Origin: Limnothrix sp. BL-A-16
GTDB taxonomy: Bacteria; Cyanobacteriota; Cyanobacteriia; CACIAM-69d
NCBI GenBank assembly: GCA_041937175.2
Contig: CP166615.1
Coordinates: forward strand, 3,680,001-3,744,000
Reading direction: 5' to 3'
DNA: 64,000 nt
The notes under the pieces were generated by a model that was not told where the DNA came from, did not search any database, and saw nothing but the letters and a program-made list of their open reading frames with translations. The translations under genes were made by a program, and so were the position numbers. Of the stretch, positions 1 through 10,777 are shown piece after piece. Each line of letters starts with the position of its first letter. Position 1 is the stretch's first letter.

Positions 1-291
1 TCCGATCACTTGTCGGAATTTGCCACCATGAAAGCCATGGGCTACAGCAACGTCTTCCTGGTGCGAGTCCTGATCACTGAAGCCTTGATTTTGGCAGTGA
101 TTGGCTTTTTACCCAGCGTGGTTTTGGCAATGGGTTTATATCAAATCACCTATTCCGCAACCCTTTTGCCAATCTTCATGCAGATCGATCGGGCCATCAC
201 CGTTTTTGTGTTGACCGTTGCCATGTGCAGCGCCTCCAGTGTGATTGCCATGCAAAAGCTTTATCAAGCGGATCCAGCGGATATTTTCTAA
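1..291 (+). CDS. devC: ABC exporter permease, DevC/FtsX family (3' part; truncated by window start)
   Basis: Frame open from base 1 (SDHLSEFATMKAMGY...), hydrophobic helices, C-terminal ADPADIF typical of DevC; followed by a DevA-like ATPase. Confidence 0.8.
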   Translation, partial: SDHLSEFATMKAMGYSNVFLVRVLITEALILAVIGFLPSVVLAMGLYQITYSATLLPIFMQIDRAITVFVLTVAMCSASSVIAMQKLYQADPADIF

Positions 292-338
292 GGATTTTGC
301 CCACTTTTGGAGAGATCAATCTAGCGGAGGGTTAGGTT

Positions 339-1079
339 ATGGATCAGGTCATGGATCAGGTTACGAATCAAGTCCTTGGGCAATCATCTAACCAAGCCGG
401 TGCCATTACGATTCAGAATTTGAATCACTATTTTGGCAATGGTGATCTCAAAAAACAGGTGCTTTATGACATTAACCTGATCATTCAAGCGGGTGAAATT
501 GTGCTGCTGACGGGCCCATCCGGCTCTGGAAAAACCACCCTGTTGACCCTGTTGGGAGGGTTACGATCGGCCCATGAAGGAAGCTTGAAAATTCTGAATC
601 AGGAAATGTGTGGAGCCAGCAAGGAGCAACTCCTAAAAATCCGTTGCAACATTGGCTATATTTTCCAAGCCCATAACTTGTTGAGCTTTTTAACAGCTCG
701 CCAAAATGTCCGTTTGTCCTTGGAATTGCATGATCATTACACCGATGCAGAGTGCGATCGACTGGTGGATGAAATGTTAACGGCGGTGGGCTTGGGAGAA
801 CGATTGGACTATTATCCCGAGCAGCTTTCGGGGGGACAAAAACAGCGGGTGGCGATCGCCCGGGCCCTGGTGAGTTCGCCCAAAATTGTGTTGGCCGATG
901 AGCCAACGGCTGCGCTCGATCGCAAGTCGGGGCGAGATGTGGTGGAAATTTTGCAACGCTTGGCCAAGGAGCGAGATTGCACCATTTTGCTGGTTACTCA
1001 CGATAACCGCATTTTGGATATTGCCGATCGACTGCTGTATATGGAAGATGGGCGATTGGTGAAGGATAAGACGGAGTAG
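339..1079 (+). CDS. devA: ABC transporter ATP-binding protein, DevA family
   Basis: Walker A GPSGSGKT, signature LSGGQ, Walker B VLADEP, VTHD; GGAGG upstream. Confidence 0.85.
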   Translation: MDQVMDQVTNQVLGQSSNQAGAITIQNLNHYFGNGDLKKQVLYDINLIIQAGEIVLLTGPSGSGKTTLLTLLGGLRSAHEGSLKILNQEMCGASKEQLLKIRCNIGYIFQAHNLLSFLTARQNVRLSLELHDHYTDAECDRLVDEMLTAVGLGERLDYYPEQLSGGQKQRVAIARALVSSPKIVLADEPTAALDRKSGRDVVEILQRLAKERDCTILLVTHDNRILDIADRLLYMEDGRLVKDKTE

Positions 1080-1115
1080 ACCGGCAAGGAATTAAACTGG
1101 GCGATCGGGCCCTAA

Positions 1116-1272
1116 GAGGATGTCTGAAAAGTCGAAACTGCTACCTTTTGGCTCCCATTCATCGGCGAGAATAAGGGGCTTAATTAATCGGCGAAAACAA
1201 GGGGCTTAAGCCCCTTGTCCCAACGACTACTAGCGCTTTGTAAGCATCCCAGTTTACTTTTCAGACATCCTC
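1116..1272. mobile_element. MITE, 157 bp, 17-bp perfect TIRs, TAA target duplication
   Basis: GAGGATGTCTGAAAAGT (1116-1132) / ACTTTTCAGACATCCTC (1256-1272); TAA on both sides (1113-1115, 1273-1275); contains the 20-bp palindrome at 1198-1217. Confidence 0.8.
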
Positions 1273-1776
1273 TAAGTTGTGCAAAATTCGATGGAAATCT
1301 GCTGCAATTTGCGCTTGATTTTCAATCGTCAAAATAGGCACATGGATAAACAGAGCCTTGGCTAATTGGCGATGGAGCAACAACCATTGCAAGACTCGGT
1401 AATAGAGCGCATTACAAACAAAATTGCCCGCATCAAAGCTGATTTCAGAACACTGAGTACCCGCCAAAAGTTGCGACAAATTGAAACCCGTTGCCAATCG
1501 ACTGCCTTCTTGGCTGGCTTGGGCTTCTAGGGATAGGTGCGATCGCCCCTCAGCCATGCCACACAACAGAATTTTACGGGGACGATGTTGCTCGATCGCC
1601 CCGATCACCCGCCGAGGAGCCAGATCAAAATCAACGGGTAATTGCCGCAAGCAAATCACCTGCGGGGGTAGCTGCCGTTGTTCGATCAACAAAGCCAGCA
1701 AATCATCGGAGGCATTGGATTTCTGATGGGGCAACCAAGTTTGAAAGGAGGTGATCAGCCATGGAGATTGCGCCAT
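1261..1776 (-). CDS. Pyroglutamyl-peptidase I (peptidase C15)-like protein
   Basis: N-terminal LITSF..W, KSNAS; Glu (LEAQA), Cys (AGNFVCN) and His (FIHVP) catalytic motifs. Confidence 0.8.
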   Translation of the reverse strand: MAQSPWLITSFQTWLPHQKSNASDDLLALLIEQRQLPPQVICLRQLPVDFDLAPRRVIGAIEQHRPRKILLCGMAEGRSHLSLEAQASQEGSRLATGFNLSQLLAGTQCSEISFDAGNFVCNALYYRVLQWLLLHRQLAKALFIHVPILTIENQAQIAADFHRILHNLEDV

Positions 1777-1906
1777 TTCAAACCTATAATTTCAGTGGTT
1801 TCGATCGTTTGAATGATTTTGATAATTACGATCGCTTTTGATCGCCCATCATTCAATTTCAGTTTTAGTCAACACAATTGCAGCAATTGCAGGGGTTTGG
1901 TGTCCT

Positions 1907-2563
1907 ATGACAACGATTGCCGTGGTCGATTACGACATGGGCAACTTGCATTCCGCCTGCAAGGGGCTAACCCAGGCGGGAGTTGAGCCGATCGTGACTG
2001 ACTCGGCAACGGTGATCGATCGCGCCGATGCGATCGTCCTGCCGGGAGTTGGGTCTTTTGATCCGGCGGTGCAGCAACTGCGTGCTCGGGGATTGGAAGC
2101 GCCCATTCGCCAGGCGATCGCCCAAGGGAAACCCTTTTTGGGCATCTGTTTGGGTCTACAAATGCTCTTTGAAACCAGCAGCGAGGGCCGGGAACCGGGC
2201 CTGGGCATCGTGCCCGGCTCCGTGCGGGCATTCCAACCAGAACCGGGAATTACTATTCCCCATATGGGCTGGAATCAGTTGACCCTCACCCAACCCACAT
2301 CCCTGCTGTGGCAAGGGCTGGAGCCGTTGCCCTGGGCCTATTTTGTCCATTCCTACTATGTGGATCCGGCGGATCCAGGGGCGATCGCCGCCACCACCAC
2401 CCACGGCAGCCAAACGGTGACAGCAGCCATTCACTGCGAAGCGCTCGGCTCCGGTCGGCCCAATGTGATGGCGGTGCAGTTCCACCCGGAAAAGTCAGCG
2501 GCGGCGGGTCTGCGGATTTTGGCGAATTTTGCCACCACCGTTCGATCGAGGGTTCCCTGCTAG
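1907..2563 (+). CDS. hisH: Imidazole glycerol phosphate synthase, glutaminase subunit
   Basis: IAVVDYDMGNL, LPGVG, GICLG, PHMGWN, QFHPEKS; start placed at ATG 1907. Confidence 0.95.
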   Translation: MTTIAVVDYDMGNLHSACKGLTQAGVEPIVTDSATVIDRADAIVLPGVGSFDPAVQQLRARGLEAPIRQAIAQGKPFLGICLGLQMLFETSSEGREPGLGIVPGSVRAFQPEPGITIPHMGWNQLTLTQPTSLLWQGLEPLPWAYFVHSYYVDPADPGAIAATTTHGSQTVTAAIHCEALGSGRPNVMAVQFHPEKSAAAGLRILANFATTVRSRVPC

Positions 2564-2598
2564 GGCGGTTTGGTCAGTTAGTTCGCAAGATGAGTGCA

Positions 2599-3639
2599 TT
2601 AAAGCTGAACGGAGCGTAGGTGCGATCGGGGATCGGCCGATCGCGCGGCCCGCACCTGTTCATAGGCGGCCCGCTCGGCCGCCGTGGGCGAACTGGGCAA
2701 GGTCACCGCCACCCGCACTAACAGATCCCCCCGCTTGCCGCTGGGTTCAACCCAACCCTTACCCCGCAGCCGCAGGGTTTGACCCGACTTAATGCCCGCT
2801 GGCACATTCATGGTCACCAACCCATCGGGGGTGGGCACGTCGGCCTTGGTTCCCAACACCGCCTCATCGGGGGCGATCGGGATTTCGCAAACCAAGGTCT
2901 CGCCGTCAAACTGGAAAAAGCTGTGGCTATTGAGACTGACCTTCAGGTACAGATCTCCCCGTTGACGGCTGTAGGGGTCGTATTGCCCCTTGCCTTTGAG
3001 GCGAATTTTGCTGCCCGGCTTGGCCCCGGGAGGAATGCGCACGGTAATGGTTTCGGCTCCCAGGCTCAGGCGCTTTTGCGTGCCGTTAAAGGCTTCCGCA
3101 AAGGACAGGGCCAAGGTGGCTTCCCGATCGCCCGCGGCCGATTGGGGGCCAAAGCCGCCCACATCCCCAAAGCCAGAGAAGCCGCCGCCAAAATTGCTGT
3201 TGTTGTAATTGCCGCTGTAGTTGCTGCCCGTGCCGCTGCGATAGTTGTAGCTGCTCGATCGCGTTCCGGCGGCCCCTGAGCCCCCAAATCGTCCCAGCAG
3301 CTCATTAATAAATTCATCAAAGCTGCCGTAGCGGCCAAATTCAAAATCATCAAACCCGGCTCCCCCGGCCCCGGTTCCTCCCCAGGCTTGGCCGGCGCGA
3401 TCGGCCTGCTGCCAATATTGACCAAAGCGATCGTACTTTTGGCGCTTGTCCGCATCGGACAGGACTTCATAGGCCTCGTTCACTTCCTTGAACCGCGCCT
3501 CCGCCTGTTTGTCGCCCGGGTTCAAGTCCGGGTGGTATTTGCGCGCCAACCGTCGATAGGTTTTCTTGATTTCCTCGGCACTGGCGGTTTTGGTCAGACC
3601 CAGCACCGCATAGTAATCCTTAAAATCTGTCGCGGCCAT
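2599..3639 (-). CDS. DnaJ class B / CbpA-like co-chaperone
   Basis: J domain with HPD, G/F-rich linker, DnaJ_C domain, no zinc finger. Confidence 0.9.
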   Translation of the reverse strand: MAATDFKDYYAVLGLTKTASAEEIKKTYRRLARKYHPDLNPGDKQAEARFKEVNEAYEVLSDADKRQKYDRFGQYWQQADRAGQAWGGTGAGGAGFDDFEFGRYGSFDEFINELLGRFGGSGAAGTRSSSYNYRSGTGSNYSGNYNNSNFGGGFSGFGDVGGFGPQSAAGDREATLALSFAEAFNGTQKRLSLGAETITVRIPPGAKPGSKIRLKGKGQYDPYSRQRGDLYLKVSLNSHSFFQFDGETLVCEIPIAPDEAVLGTKADVPTPDGLVTMNVPAGIKSGQTLRLRGKGWVEPSGKRGDLLVRVAVTLPSSPTAAERAAYEQVRAARSADPRSHLRSVQL

Positions 3640-3840
3640 GCGCTACCACCTTAATTTTGCTGCGATCGATCGGGATGGGTTTAGCCTAACGAAGTCTAGC
3701 GTTGGCTGGAGATCGGGTGAGATCGCGCTGATTGGTGCAATTCCCGAACCTACCCCGATTTTTGCCGCCGATTGGATCCTGATCCTCAACCACTCCCAGC
3801 CCCTCTCCGGCCATGGGCAAGGGGCTAGGGCAAACCAAAG

Positions 3841-3880
3841 TTGATCAACTTTTGATCAGCGGTTGATCAGCAGTTGATCA
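3841..3880. repeat. Four TTGATCA units at an 11-bp period
   Basis: TTGATCA at 3841, 3852, 3863 and 3874. Confidence 0.8.
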
Positions 3881-3898
3881 ACACCTGAGGGGTAGAAC

Positions 3899-4957
3899 TT
3901 AGGGATAGAACGCCAACTGGGGCAACCCGATCGTTTCATCCAAGCCCAACATCAGGTTCATGCACTGCACCGCCTGACCCGATTGGCCCTTCATCAGGTT
4001 ATCGATCGCCGACAACACAATCACCCGATCGGTGCGTGGATCAACCTCCACGCCCAAGTAGCAAAGGTTTGTTCCTAGGGCCCACTTGGTTTGGGGATAG
4101 ACCCCACTGGGCAACACCTTCACCCAAGGGCTGTTGCGATAGAAGGCGTTGTAGATGGTCAGCAGGTCTTCGCGCACCAGGCCCGGATCGCGGAGGGTGG
4201 CATAGACGGTGGACAAAATGCCGCGCGGCATCGGCACCAGGTGAGGCGTGAACTGAATTCGCACTTCATGGCCCGCCAAATCCGTGCAAATTTGTTCAAT
4301 TTCCGGCGTGTGGCGATGGCGACCGACCCCATAGGCAGAAAAGGAACCGCCCGCTTCCGCCAACAGCATGTTGGTTTTGGCCTGGCGACCGCCGCCGGAC
4401 GTGCCGGACTTGGCATCAATGATCGCCGTTTCCGGAATGATAATCCCCTGCTTCAAAAGGGGCAGCAGGGCCAACAGGCTGGCCGTGGGATAGCAGCCGG
4501 GACAACCAATTAGGTTCGCCTCCGCGATCGCCTCACGATTCAGTTCCGGCAGCCCGTAGACCGCCATGGCCGCCACTTCCTGATCGCTGCGACTTTTGCC
4601 ATACCAGTCTTCATAGGTGTTTAGATCCCGGAACCGGTAATCCGCCGACAGATCCAGCACCTTGCAGCCCCGATCGACCAGTTGAGGAGCCAAGTCACAG
4701 GCAATCCCGTTGGGCAACCCCAAAAACACCACCCGACAGCGCCGGGCAATCTCATCCAGGTCGATCGACTCCACCTTCAGGGAAATGCGGTGGGCCAGGT
4801 GAGGATAAACTTGCCCATAGCTTTGGCCGGCACTGCTTTCGCCGCCCAAATAGGTCAGTTCCACATGGGGATGATCTAACAGAATTCTGACCAGTTGCAC
4901 GCCGCCGTAGCCCGATGCGCCAACGATGCCAACTGGAATCTTGTCTGTATTACTCAT
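3899..4957 (-). CDS. argC: N-acetyl-gamma-glutamyl-phosphate reductase
   Basis: GASGYGG, DLSADYR, PGCYPT, SGTSGGG, DNLMKG. Confidence 0.95.
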   Translation of the reverse strand: MSNTDKIPVGIVGASGYGGVQLVRILLDHPHVELTYLGGESSAGQSYGQVYPHLAHRISLKVESIDLDEIARRCRVVFLGLPNGIACDLAPQLVDRGCKVLDLSADYRFRDLNTYEDWYGKSRSDQEVAAMAVYGLPELNREAIAEANLIGCPGCYPTASLLALLPLLKQGIIIPETAIIDAKSGTSGGGRQAKTNMLLAEAGGSFSAYGVGRHRHTPEIEQICTDLAGHEVRIQFTPHLVPMPRGILSTVYATLRDPGLVREDLLTIYNAFYRNSPWVKVLPSGVYPQTKWALGTNLCYLGVEVDPRTDRVIVLSAIDNLMKGQSGQAVQCMNLMLGLDETIGLPQLAFYP

Positions 4958-5289
4958 AATCCGGCTTCTGATTCCCTTTGCTTGTGTGGGTGCCTGTGTC
5001 TGTGGACGGGCGCGGTGCTGCTGGGTGCGGGCCAGCCGGCGGGTGCGCGCGGCTTGTTGCCATGCATTCTAGTACCGTTTGCCGGTGTTCCTGCGTTCGG
5101 CCGTAGGGGGTCTCACCCCTAGTGAATCCAGGGCGATCGCACAGGATCAGAAAAGCCGCAATTGGCCGCCGGGTGAAACTGCTACAGGAGATACAATAGG
5201 AACCATAAGTTAAGAACTGTAACTGTTTATTAGCGTCCGTACCGGCCTCTGGCTGACGGGCGCGCCGTTCGCCTTTGGTTGCTGCCGCA

Positions 5290-6975
5290 ATGACCCACCA
5301 CACTGTCCCCCAGTCTGTTCCCGCGTTTGTGTTTGACACGATTCCCGCCATCCTGGCAGACCTGAAGGCCGGGCGGCCCGTGGTGATTGTGGATGACGAA
5401 AACCGCGAAAACGAAGGGGACATCATCTACGCCGCCGAAAAGGTGACGGCGGATGCGGTGAACTTCATGGCCACGGAAGCGCGGGGGCTAATTTGTTTGG
5501 CCATGACGGGCGATCGGCTCGATGCGTTGGAGTTGCCCCTGATGGTGACCAACAACACGGACAGCAACCAAACGGCCTTCACCGTCAGCATCGATGCCTC
5601 GCCGGCCTTGGGAGTGAGCACGGGCATTTCTGCGGAAGACCGCGCCAAAACGATCCAAGTGGCGATCGACCCACGAACCCGGCCGGAAGATCTGCGGCGA
5701 CCGGGGCATATTTTCCCCCTGCGATCGCGCGAAGGGGGGGTGCTGAAGCGGGCGGGGCACACGGAGGCGGCCGTGGACTTGGCTCGCCTGGCGGGGCTTT
5801 ATCCAGCGGGCGTGATTTGCGAAATTCAAAACCCCGACGGTTCCATGGCCCGATTGCCGCAACTGATTGACTATGCCCAGCGCTACGACCTGAAAATCGC
5901 CACGATCGCGGACTTAATTAGCTATCGGCTGCAACATGAGCGATTTGTGATTCGGGAAACGGTCACCAAACTGCCCACGGAGTTTGGCCTGTTTGAGATC
6001 TATGGCTATCGCAACGAAATTGACGGTTCCGACCATGTGGCGATCGTCAAGGGCGACCCGGCCAGCTTCCACGATCGCCCGGTGTTGGTGCGGGTGCATT
6101 CGGAATGTCTGACGGGGGATGCCCTGGGATCCTTGCGCTGTGACTGTCGATCGCAACTGATCGCGGCCCTGAAAATGATTGAGCAGGCCGATGAAGGGGT
6201 GGTGGTTTATTTGCGCCAGGAAGGTCGCGGCATTGGCCTGATTAATAAGCTCAAGGCCTATTCCTTGCAAGATTTGGGCTTTGACACGGTGGAAGCCAAC
6301 GAAAAGCTCGGTTTCCCAGCGGATTTGCGCGATTACGGCGTGGGCGCACAAATTTTGAACGATTTGGGCATTAGCCAAGTGCGGCTGATTACCAATAACC
6401 CGCGCAAAATTGCCGGTGTTCGTGGATATGGGCTGGAAGTGGTCGATCGCGTGCCCTTGTTAATTGAGTCCAACTCCTTCAACACGCGCTATCTGACCAC
6501 CAAGGCGGCCAAGCTGGGGCATCTGCTGCTGCAAACCTATCTGGTGACGCTCGCCCTCCATTGGACTGATCACCCCACCACCAGCGAAGCCTACGAGCGG
6601 TTGGCCCAGTTGCGACAATTGGTGAGCGATCGGGATTTGCGATTGCGGGAAGAGGCTCGGCCGGTGGCGGTGGCCCTGTTTGGCAATCCGGCGCTGATTG
6701 TGCATTTGGGCTTTGACCAATCCAATTTGGCCATGGCCGGTTGGTATCGCGAGCCGGGCCATCCTTACCTGGAGGCGATCGCCCAACTCTTAGATCAAGT
6801 GGCGGACTGGCAAGCGGTGCAGCGGCTGGAATTTTTGGTCAGTGAAGGGGGTGACCCCATGGCCGGGCTACAGGTGAAGCTCGATCGCCTGACCTACAAG
6901 CTGTCGAGCGGGCATCGACCGTCAACCATTTGCCAAGATGTGGAAAGCCAGCAGATTTATAGCTTCCTGCGCTAG
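5290..6975 (+). CDS. ribBA: Bifunctional DHBP synthase / GTP cyclohydrolase II with cyanobacterial C-terminal extension
   Basis: [49 protein letters not shown]; start codon uncertain (5275/5290). Confidence 0.95.
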   Translation: MTHHTVPQSVPAFVFDTIPAILADLKAGRPVVIVDDENRENEGDIIYAAEKVTADAVNFMATEARGLICLAMTGDRLDALELPLMVTNNTDSNQTAFTVSIDASPALGVSTGISAEDRAKTIQVAIDPRTRPEDLRRPGHIFPLRSREGGVLKRAGHTEAAVDLARLAGLYPAGVICEIQNPDGSMARLPQLIDYAQRYDLKIATIADLISYRLQHERFVIRETVTKLPTEFGLFEIYGYRNEIDGSDHVAIVKGDPASFHDRPVLVRVHSECLTGDALGSLRCDCRSQLIAALKMIEQADEGVVVYLRQEGRGIGLINKLKAYSLQDLGFDTVEANEKLGFPADLRDYGVGAQILNDLGISQVRLITNNPRKIAGVRGYGLEVVDRVPLLIESNSFNTRYLTTKAAKLGHLLLQTYLVTLALHWTDHPTTSEAYERLAQLRQLVSDRDLRLREEARPVAVALFGNPALIVHLGFDQSNLAMAGWYREPGHPYLEAIAQLLDQVADWQAVQRLEFLVSEGGDPMAGLQVKLDRLTYKLSSGHRPSTICQDVESQQIYSFLR

Positions 6976-7115
6976 CGGCCTGCGTTAGGGCTGTCGGGGC
7001 GATCGTCCTGCGCTAAAGTGCCTTTGTTGCGAACTGCGGGCCGCCGATCGGGAAACGTCCCCTAGCCAGCGGTTCCCCGGCGGTTTGGCAACGGTTTTTC
7101 AGGGCAGGACAGCGC

Positions 7116-8933
7116 GTGCAACAGGAACCGGGCCATCAACCCCCTCAGGCCATTCAGGCATTTTGGGCACAAGTTTGGATCGTTCTTTTCCAGCCGATCG
7201 CCCATGGGCGCGATCGACGGCTCTGGTTTTGGGGCGGCCTCTGCGGAGCCGTAGCCCTGGCCTATGGCGGGTTGGCCTTGCAACAGGCCCTGGCGGGCCC
7301 CTACGTGATCCAAGATGATGCCCGCCAGCATGTGTTTTGGATGCGACGCTTTTGGGATCCAGCGGCCTTTCCCCAAGATCTAATTGCCGACTATTTCCAG
7401 TCCGTGGCCCCGGCGGGCTACCAATGGCTCTATGGCTTGGCGGCCAAGCTGGGGCTAGATCCCTTGCTGTTTAACAAATTTGTGCCCCTGGGGTTAAGTC
7501 TGCTGGCGGCGGTGGGGGCCTATGGCTTGGCGGTGACCCTCTGGCCGATTCCGTTGGCGGCGGGGTTGAGCGGGCTGCTGGCGGTGCAGGCCCTCTGGCT
7601 GCGGGATGATTTGGTTTCCGGTACGCCCGCGGCCTTTGCCGGGCCCCTGTTGCTGTGGGGGTTGTGGGCGATCGCCCGGCGGTGGTTGGGGCTAACGGTG
7701 GGGGCGATCGGGCTGTTGGCCCTGTTTTATCCGCAAGTGGCCCTGGTGTTGGGCGGCGCGTTAGGCCTGCAATTGCTGCGATCGGGGCGATCGGTTGCTT
7801 GGCGCTGGCGGGCGGCCTGGGAACGCCCGGAGGTGCGGGTGGCCTTGGCAGGCTTGGGGGCGCTGGTGGTGACCATGGTTCCCTACCTGTTGCGCGATTC
7901 TCCCTTTGGGCCGGTGCTGTCCGTGGACGTGGCGCGATCGATGCCCACCTTGGCCGATAAGGGTTGGTCTGCCTTTTTCACGCGGGATCCTTGGAACTAT
8001 TGGGCCTGCGGCCAACGCAGTGGCTTTTTGCCCACCGAATGGTGTCGGATCATGGCCTTCCATTCGGTGCTGGTGTTGCCGTTGGCCGTTTGGTTTGGCC
8101 TGTTGTGGCCCCTGCTGTGGTGGCAGCGCGATCGCTTCCCCCTGGTACGATCGGCCCAAGGAGCCTTGCCCCTGTTGGGCGATCTGTTGCTGTCCTCCGC
8201 GATCGGGTTCGGGGCGGCCCATGGGTTGCTGTTTAAATTGCACCTGCCCAACCGGTATGGGGAACATTCGGTGCGGCTGGTGGCGGCGCTGGTGGCGGGT
8301 TTGGCGATCGCGGCGGTGCTGGAGCGGGCGGTGCAATGGCTGCGGCGGGGCGGATCCCGAGCGATCGGGGCTGGGCTGGGGGCGGGCCTGTTGGTGTTGT
8401 GGTTTGTGGCCTATCCAGCGGCCCTGAAGGCGCAAAATTACGCCTTTCCGGTCACTAACTATGTGCCGGGCAATGCTCCGGGGCTTTACGCGTTTTTGCA
8501 ACAACAACCGCGTGATACCTTGGTCGCGTCCTTAGCTCGCGAGGGGGATAACTTACCCGCCTTCGCAGGGCGATCGATCTACGTGGGCGGCCAAGGCTAT
8601 CTGCTGCCCTATCACTTGGGGTTTTATCAAGAACTGGTGCGGCGACTCGATCGACTCGTGAGCGCCCAATTTGCCCCCAGTTGGGCCCCCATTCGCCGGT
8701 TTTTGGCGGAAACGGGCGTGGATTTTTGGTTAGTGGAGCGATCGAGCTTTCAGCGGGATTTTTTGGATAGTCGTCGGTTTCGCCAATTCAACATTGGTGC
8801 AGCCCCATTGGCCCAGCTCGATCGAGGCGAACAACCGGTTTTACCCAGCGCGATCGACCGTTGCGCCCAATGGCAAGCGGGCGATTTAGCGCTATTGGAG
8901 GCGAAATGCTTAATGGCTGGCTCCGCGCCCTAG
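7116..8933 (+). CDS. Polytopic membrane protein, putative GT-C-fold glycosyltransferase (paralogue 1)
   Basis: One N-terminal TM, then QDDARQH acidic loop, about 10 further TMs and a soluble C-terminus; clearly homologous to the next gene. Confidence 0.6.
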   Translation: MQQEPGHQPPQAIQAFWAQVWIVLFQPIAHGRDRRLWFWGGLCGAVALAYGGLALQQALAGPYVIQDDARQHVFWMRRFWDPAAFPQDLIADYFQSVAPAGYQWLYGLAAKLGLDPLLFNKFVPLGLSLLAAVGAYGLAVTLWPIPLAAGLSGLLAVQALWLRDDLVSGTPAAFAGPLLLWGLWAIARRWLGLTVGAIGLLALFYPQVALVLGGALGLQLLRSGRSVAWRWRAAWERPEVRVALAGLGALVVTMVPYLLRDSPFGPVLSVDVARSMPTLADKGWSAFFTRDPWNYWACGQRSGFLPTEWCRIMAFHSVLVLPLAVWFGLLWPLLWWQRDRFPLVRSAQGALPLLGDLLLSSAIGFGAAHGLLFKLHLPNRYGEHSVRLVAALVAGLAIAAVLERAVQWLRRGGSRAIGAGLGAGLLVLWFVAYPAALKAQNYAFPVTNYVPGNAPGLYAFLQQQPRDTLVASLAREGDNLPAFAGRSIYVGGQGYLLPYHLGFYQELVRRLDRLVSAQFAPSWAPIRRFLAETGVDFWLVERSSFQRDFLDSRRFRQFNIGAAPLAQLDRGEQPVLPSAIDRCAQWQAGDLALLEAKCLMAGSAP

Positions 8934-10678
8934 ACCCCACCGGCCCCAGAGGCGATCGCGCGGGCCGCTGGGCCTTGGCGCTCAGTTTAGCCGTGGCGAT
9001 CGGCTGTGCCCTGCCCGCCCTCTTTCAGGCCTTCAGCGGCCCCTACGTGGTGCAAGACGATGCTCGCCAACATGTGTTTTGGATGCAACGGTGGCTCCAT
9101 CCCGATCGCTTTCCCAATGACCTGATGGCGGACTATTTCCAATCCGTGGCCCCCTGGGGATATCAAGGTTTATATCGGTTGGGCAGCATCCTCGGCTTGG
9201 ATCCGATGGTTTTCAATAAATTGCTGCCGATCGGCCTAGGAACCCTGACCACGTTTCTGTGTTTTCAAGTGGTTTGGCACCTGTTGCCTGTGCCCTTGGC
9301 AGCCTTCAGCGCTTGCGTCTTTTTAAATCAGAATTTATGGATTGCCGATGATCTGGTTTCCGGTGTACCCGTTGCCTTTATTTATCCCCTCTTTTTCCTA
9401 TTTTTAAAGGGTTGGTTAACCCGATCGCCCTGGCAACTCTTCAGCGCGATCGGACTTTTAGCCGGCTTCTATCCCCATGGCGTTTTATTAGGATCTTCCT
9501 TGATTGGTCTAGATTTAATTGGGCAAATTTGGCTAATTGCTCAGCGATCGCCTTTTCAGGTGCAGTCGCTGCTGAAAACCCTATGGAGTCAGCGTCGATT
9601 AGAACTCAGTTTGCTGATCTTTTCAGGACTGGTTTTATTGCCCTTTCTCGGGAAATCAAGTCAATATGGCCCGGTGCTGACCGCCGCTGAAGCCAAAACC
9701 TTTTGGGCCCAATTTTTCCAGGTAGAACCGGCTTGGGCCTATTGGTTCAAGCATCGACGCACAGGGCTGATTCCAATCGATTGGTGGGAAATTGACTTCG
9801 CCTTTCCGCAAATTATTTTGACGGCACTCTTTCCGATTTTGTGGTGGCAGCGCGATCGGTTTCCCCTGGCCCAAGCCACGCGATCGAGCCTAGTCTTTGT
9901 GCCGCAATTATTAATCGTCTCTGGGGCTTGGTTTACTGTTGCCCATCTTCTACTCTTTCGGTTGCATTTGCCCAACCGCTATTCAGAACATTCCCTACGC
10001 ATCATTGTGGCCATTTTGGGTGCAATCGCCCTGAGTTGGCTGGTGCAAAAGGCTTGGCAATGGGCAAAATCGCGCCCACCCACTGGAAGATTGAGCACCC
10101 CAACAGCCAAGGGATTGGTGCTGTTGATTACCGGTTTATTGTTGATTTATCCCTTCACTTTTCCCGGTTTTCCTGCTACCCAATATGAAATTGGCAACCA
10201 TCCCCAACTCTACGAATTTTTTCAACAACAACCGGTCACCATTCGGATTGCTTCCACCACCCGAGAAACGGATAATTTACCCAGTTTTGCCCAGCGCTCC
10301 ATTGTGGTCGGCCCCGGGTTCACCATGCGCTACCATCGTCGTTATGCCACGGAGCTATTGCGGCGGGCAACGGATTTGATGGTGGGTCAATATACCCCAA
10401 ACCCCGATCGCTTGCGGGAGATTTTGAACCGCTATCAGGTAGATTTTTGGTTGCTCGATCGGGCAGATTTTGACCCCAATCAGCTCCAGAAAATGGGCTG
10501 GGTTCGTTGGTTCCGTGCCAGTCCCCAAGAACCCCTAGCGATCGCCCATCGCCAAGCGATCGAACAATTACGGCGAGGCGAAGTGCCCGTGATGCAAGCG
10601 CTGCTCGATCGTTGTCAGCAATTCACCGATCAATCGTTGGTTGTTCTGAATGGTAATTGCTTAAGATCATCCCTTTAA
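8906..10678 (+). CDS. Polytopic membrane protein, putative GT-C-fold glycosyltransferase (paralogue 2)
   Basis: Shares GPYV.QDDARQHVFWM, ADYFQSVAP, DDLVSG, LHLPNRY.EHS with the upstream gene; ATG 8906 preceded by GGAGG, overlapping the upstream stop. Confidence 0.6.
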   Translation: MLNGWLRALDPTGPRGDRAGRWALALSLAVAIGCALPALFQAFSGPYVVQDDARQHVFWMQRWLHPDRFPNDLMADYFQSVAPWGYQGLYRLGSILGLDPMVFNKLLPIGLGTLTTFLCFQVVWHLLPVPLAAFSACVFLNQNLWIADDLVSGVPVAFIYPLFFLFLKGWLTRSPWQLFSAIGLLAGFYPHGVLLGSSLIGLDLIGQIWLIAQRSPFQVQSLLKTLWSQRRLELSLLIFSGLVLLPFLGKSSQYGPVLTAAEAKTFWAQFFQVEPAWAYWFKHRRTGLIPIDWWEIDFAFPQIILTALFPILWWQRDRFPLAQATRSSLVFVPQLLIVSGAWFTVAHLLLFRLHLPNRYSEHSLRIIVAILGAIALSWLVQKAWQWAKSRPPTGRLSTPTAKGLVLLITGLLLIYPFTFPGFPATQYEIGNHPQLYEFFQQQPVTIRIASTTRETDNLPSFAQRSIVVGPGFTMRYHRRYATELLRRATDLMVGQYTPNPDRLREILNRYQVDFWLLDRADFDPNQLQKMGWVRWFRASPQEPLAIAHRQAIEQLRRGEVPVMQALLDRCQQFTDQSLVVLNGNCLRSSL

Positions 10679-10777
10679 TTCAGTGCATTCAGCCTGCCTA
10701 ATCACGGCTTACCGATCAATCTCATCCATCGATTTGATTCACGCCCTCCATTCAATTTCAGATCAATTTTCATCAAG

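Noticed and set aside
6520..6975. Extra C-terminal domain on RibBA as a novel fusion
   Set aside because: Such an extension is common in cyanobacterial RibBA proteins
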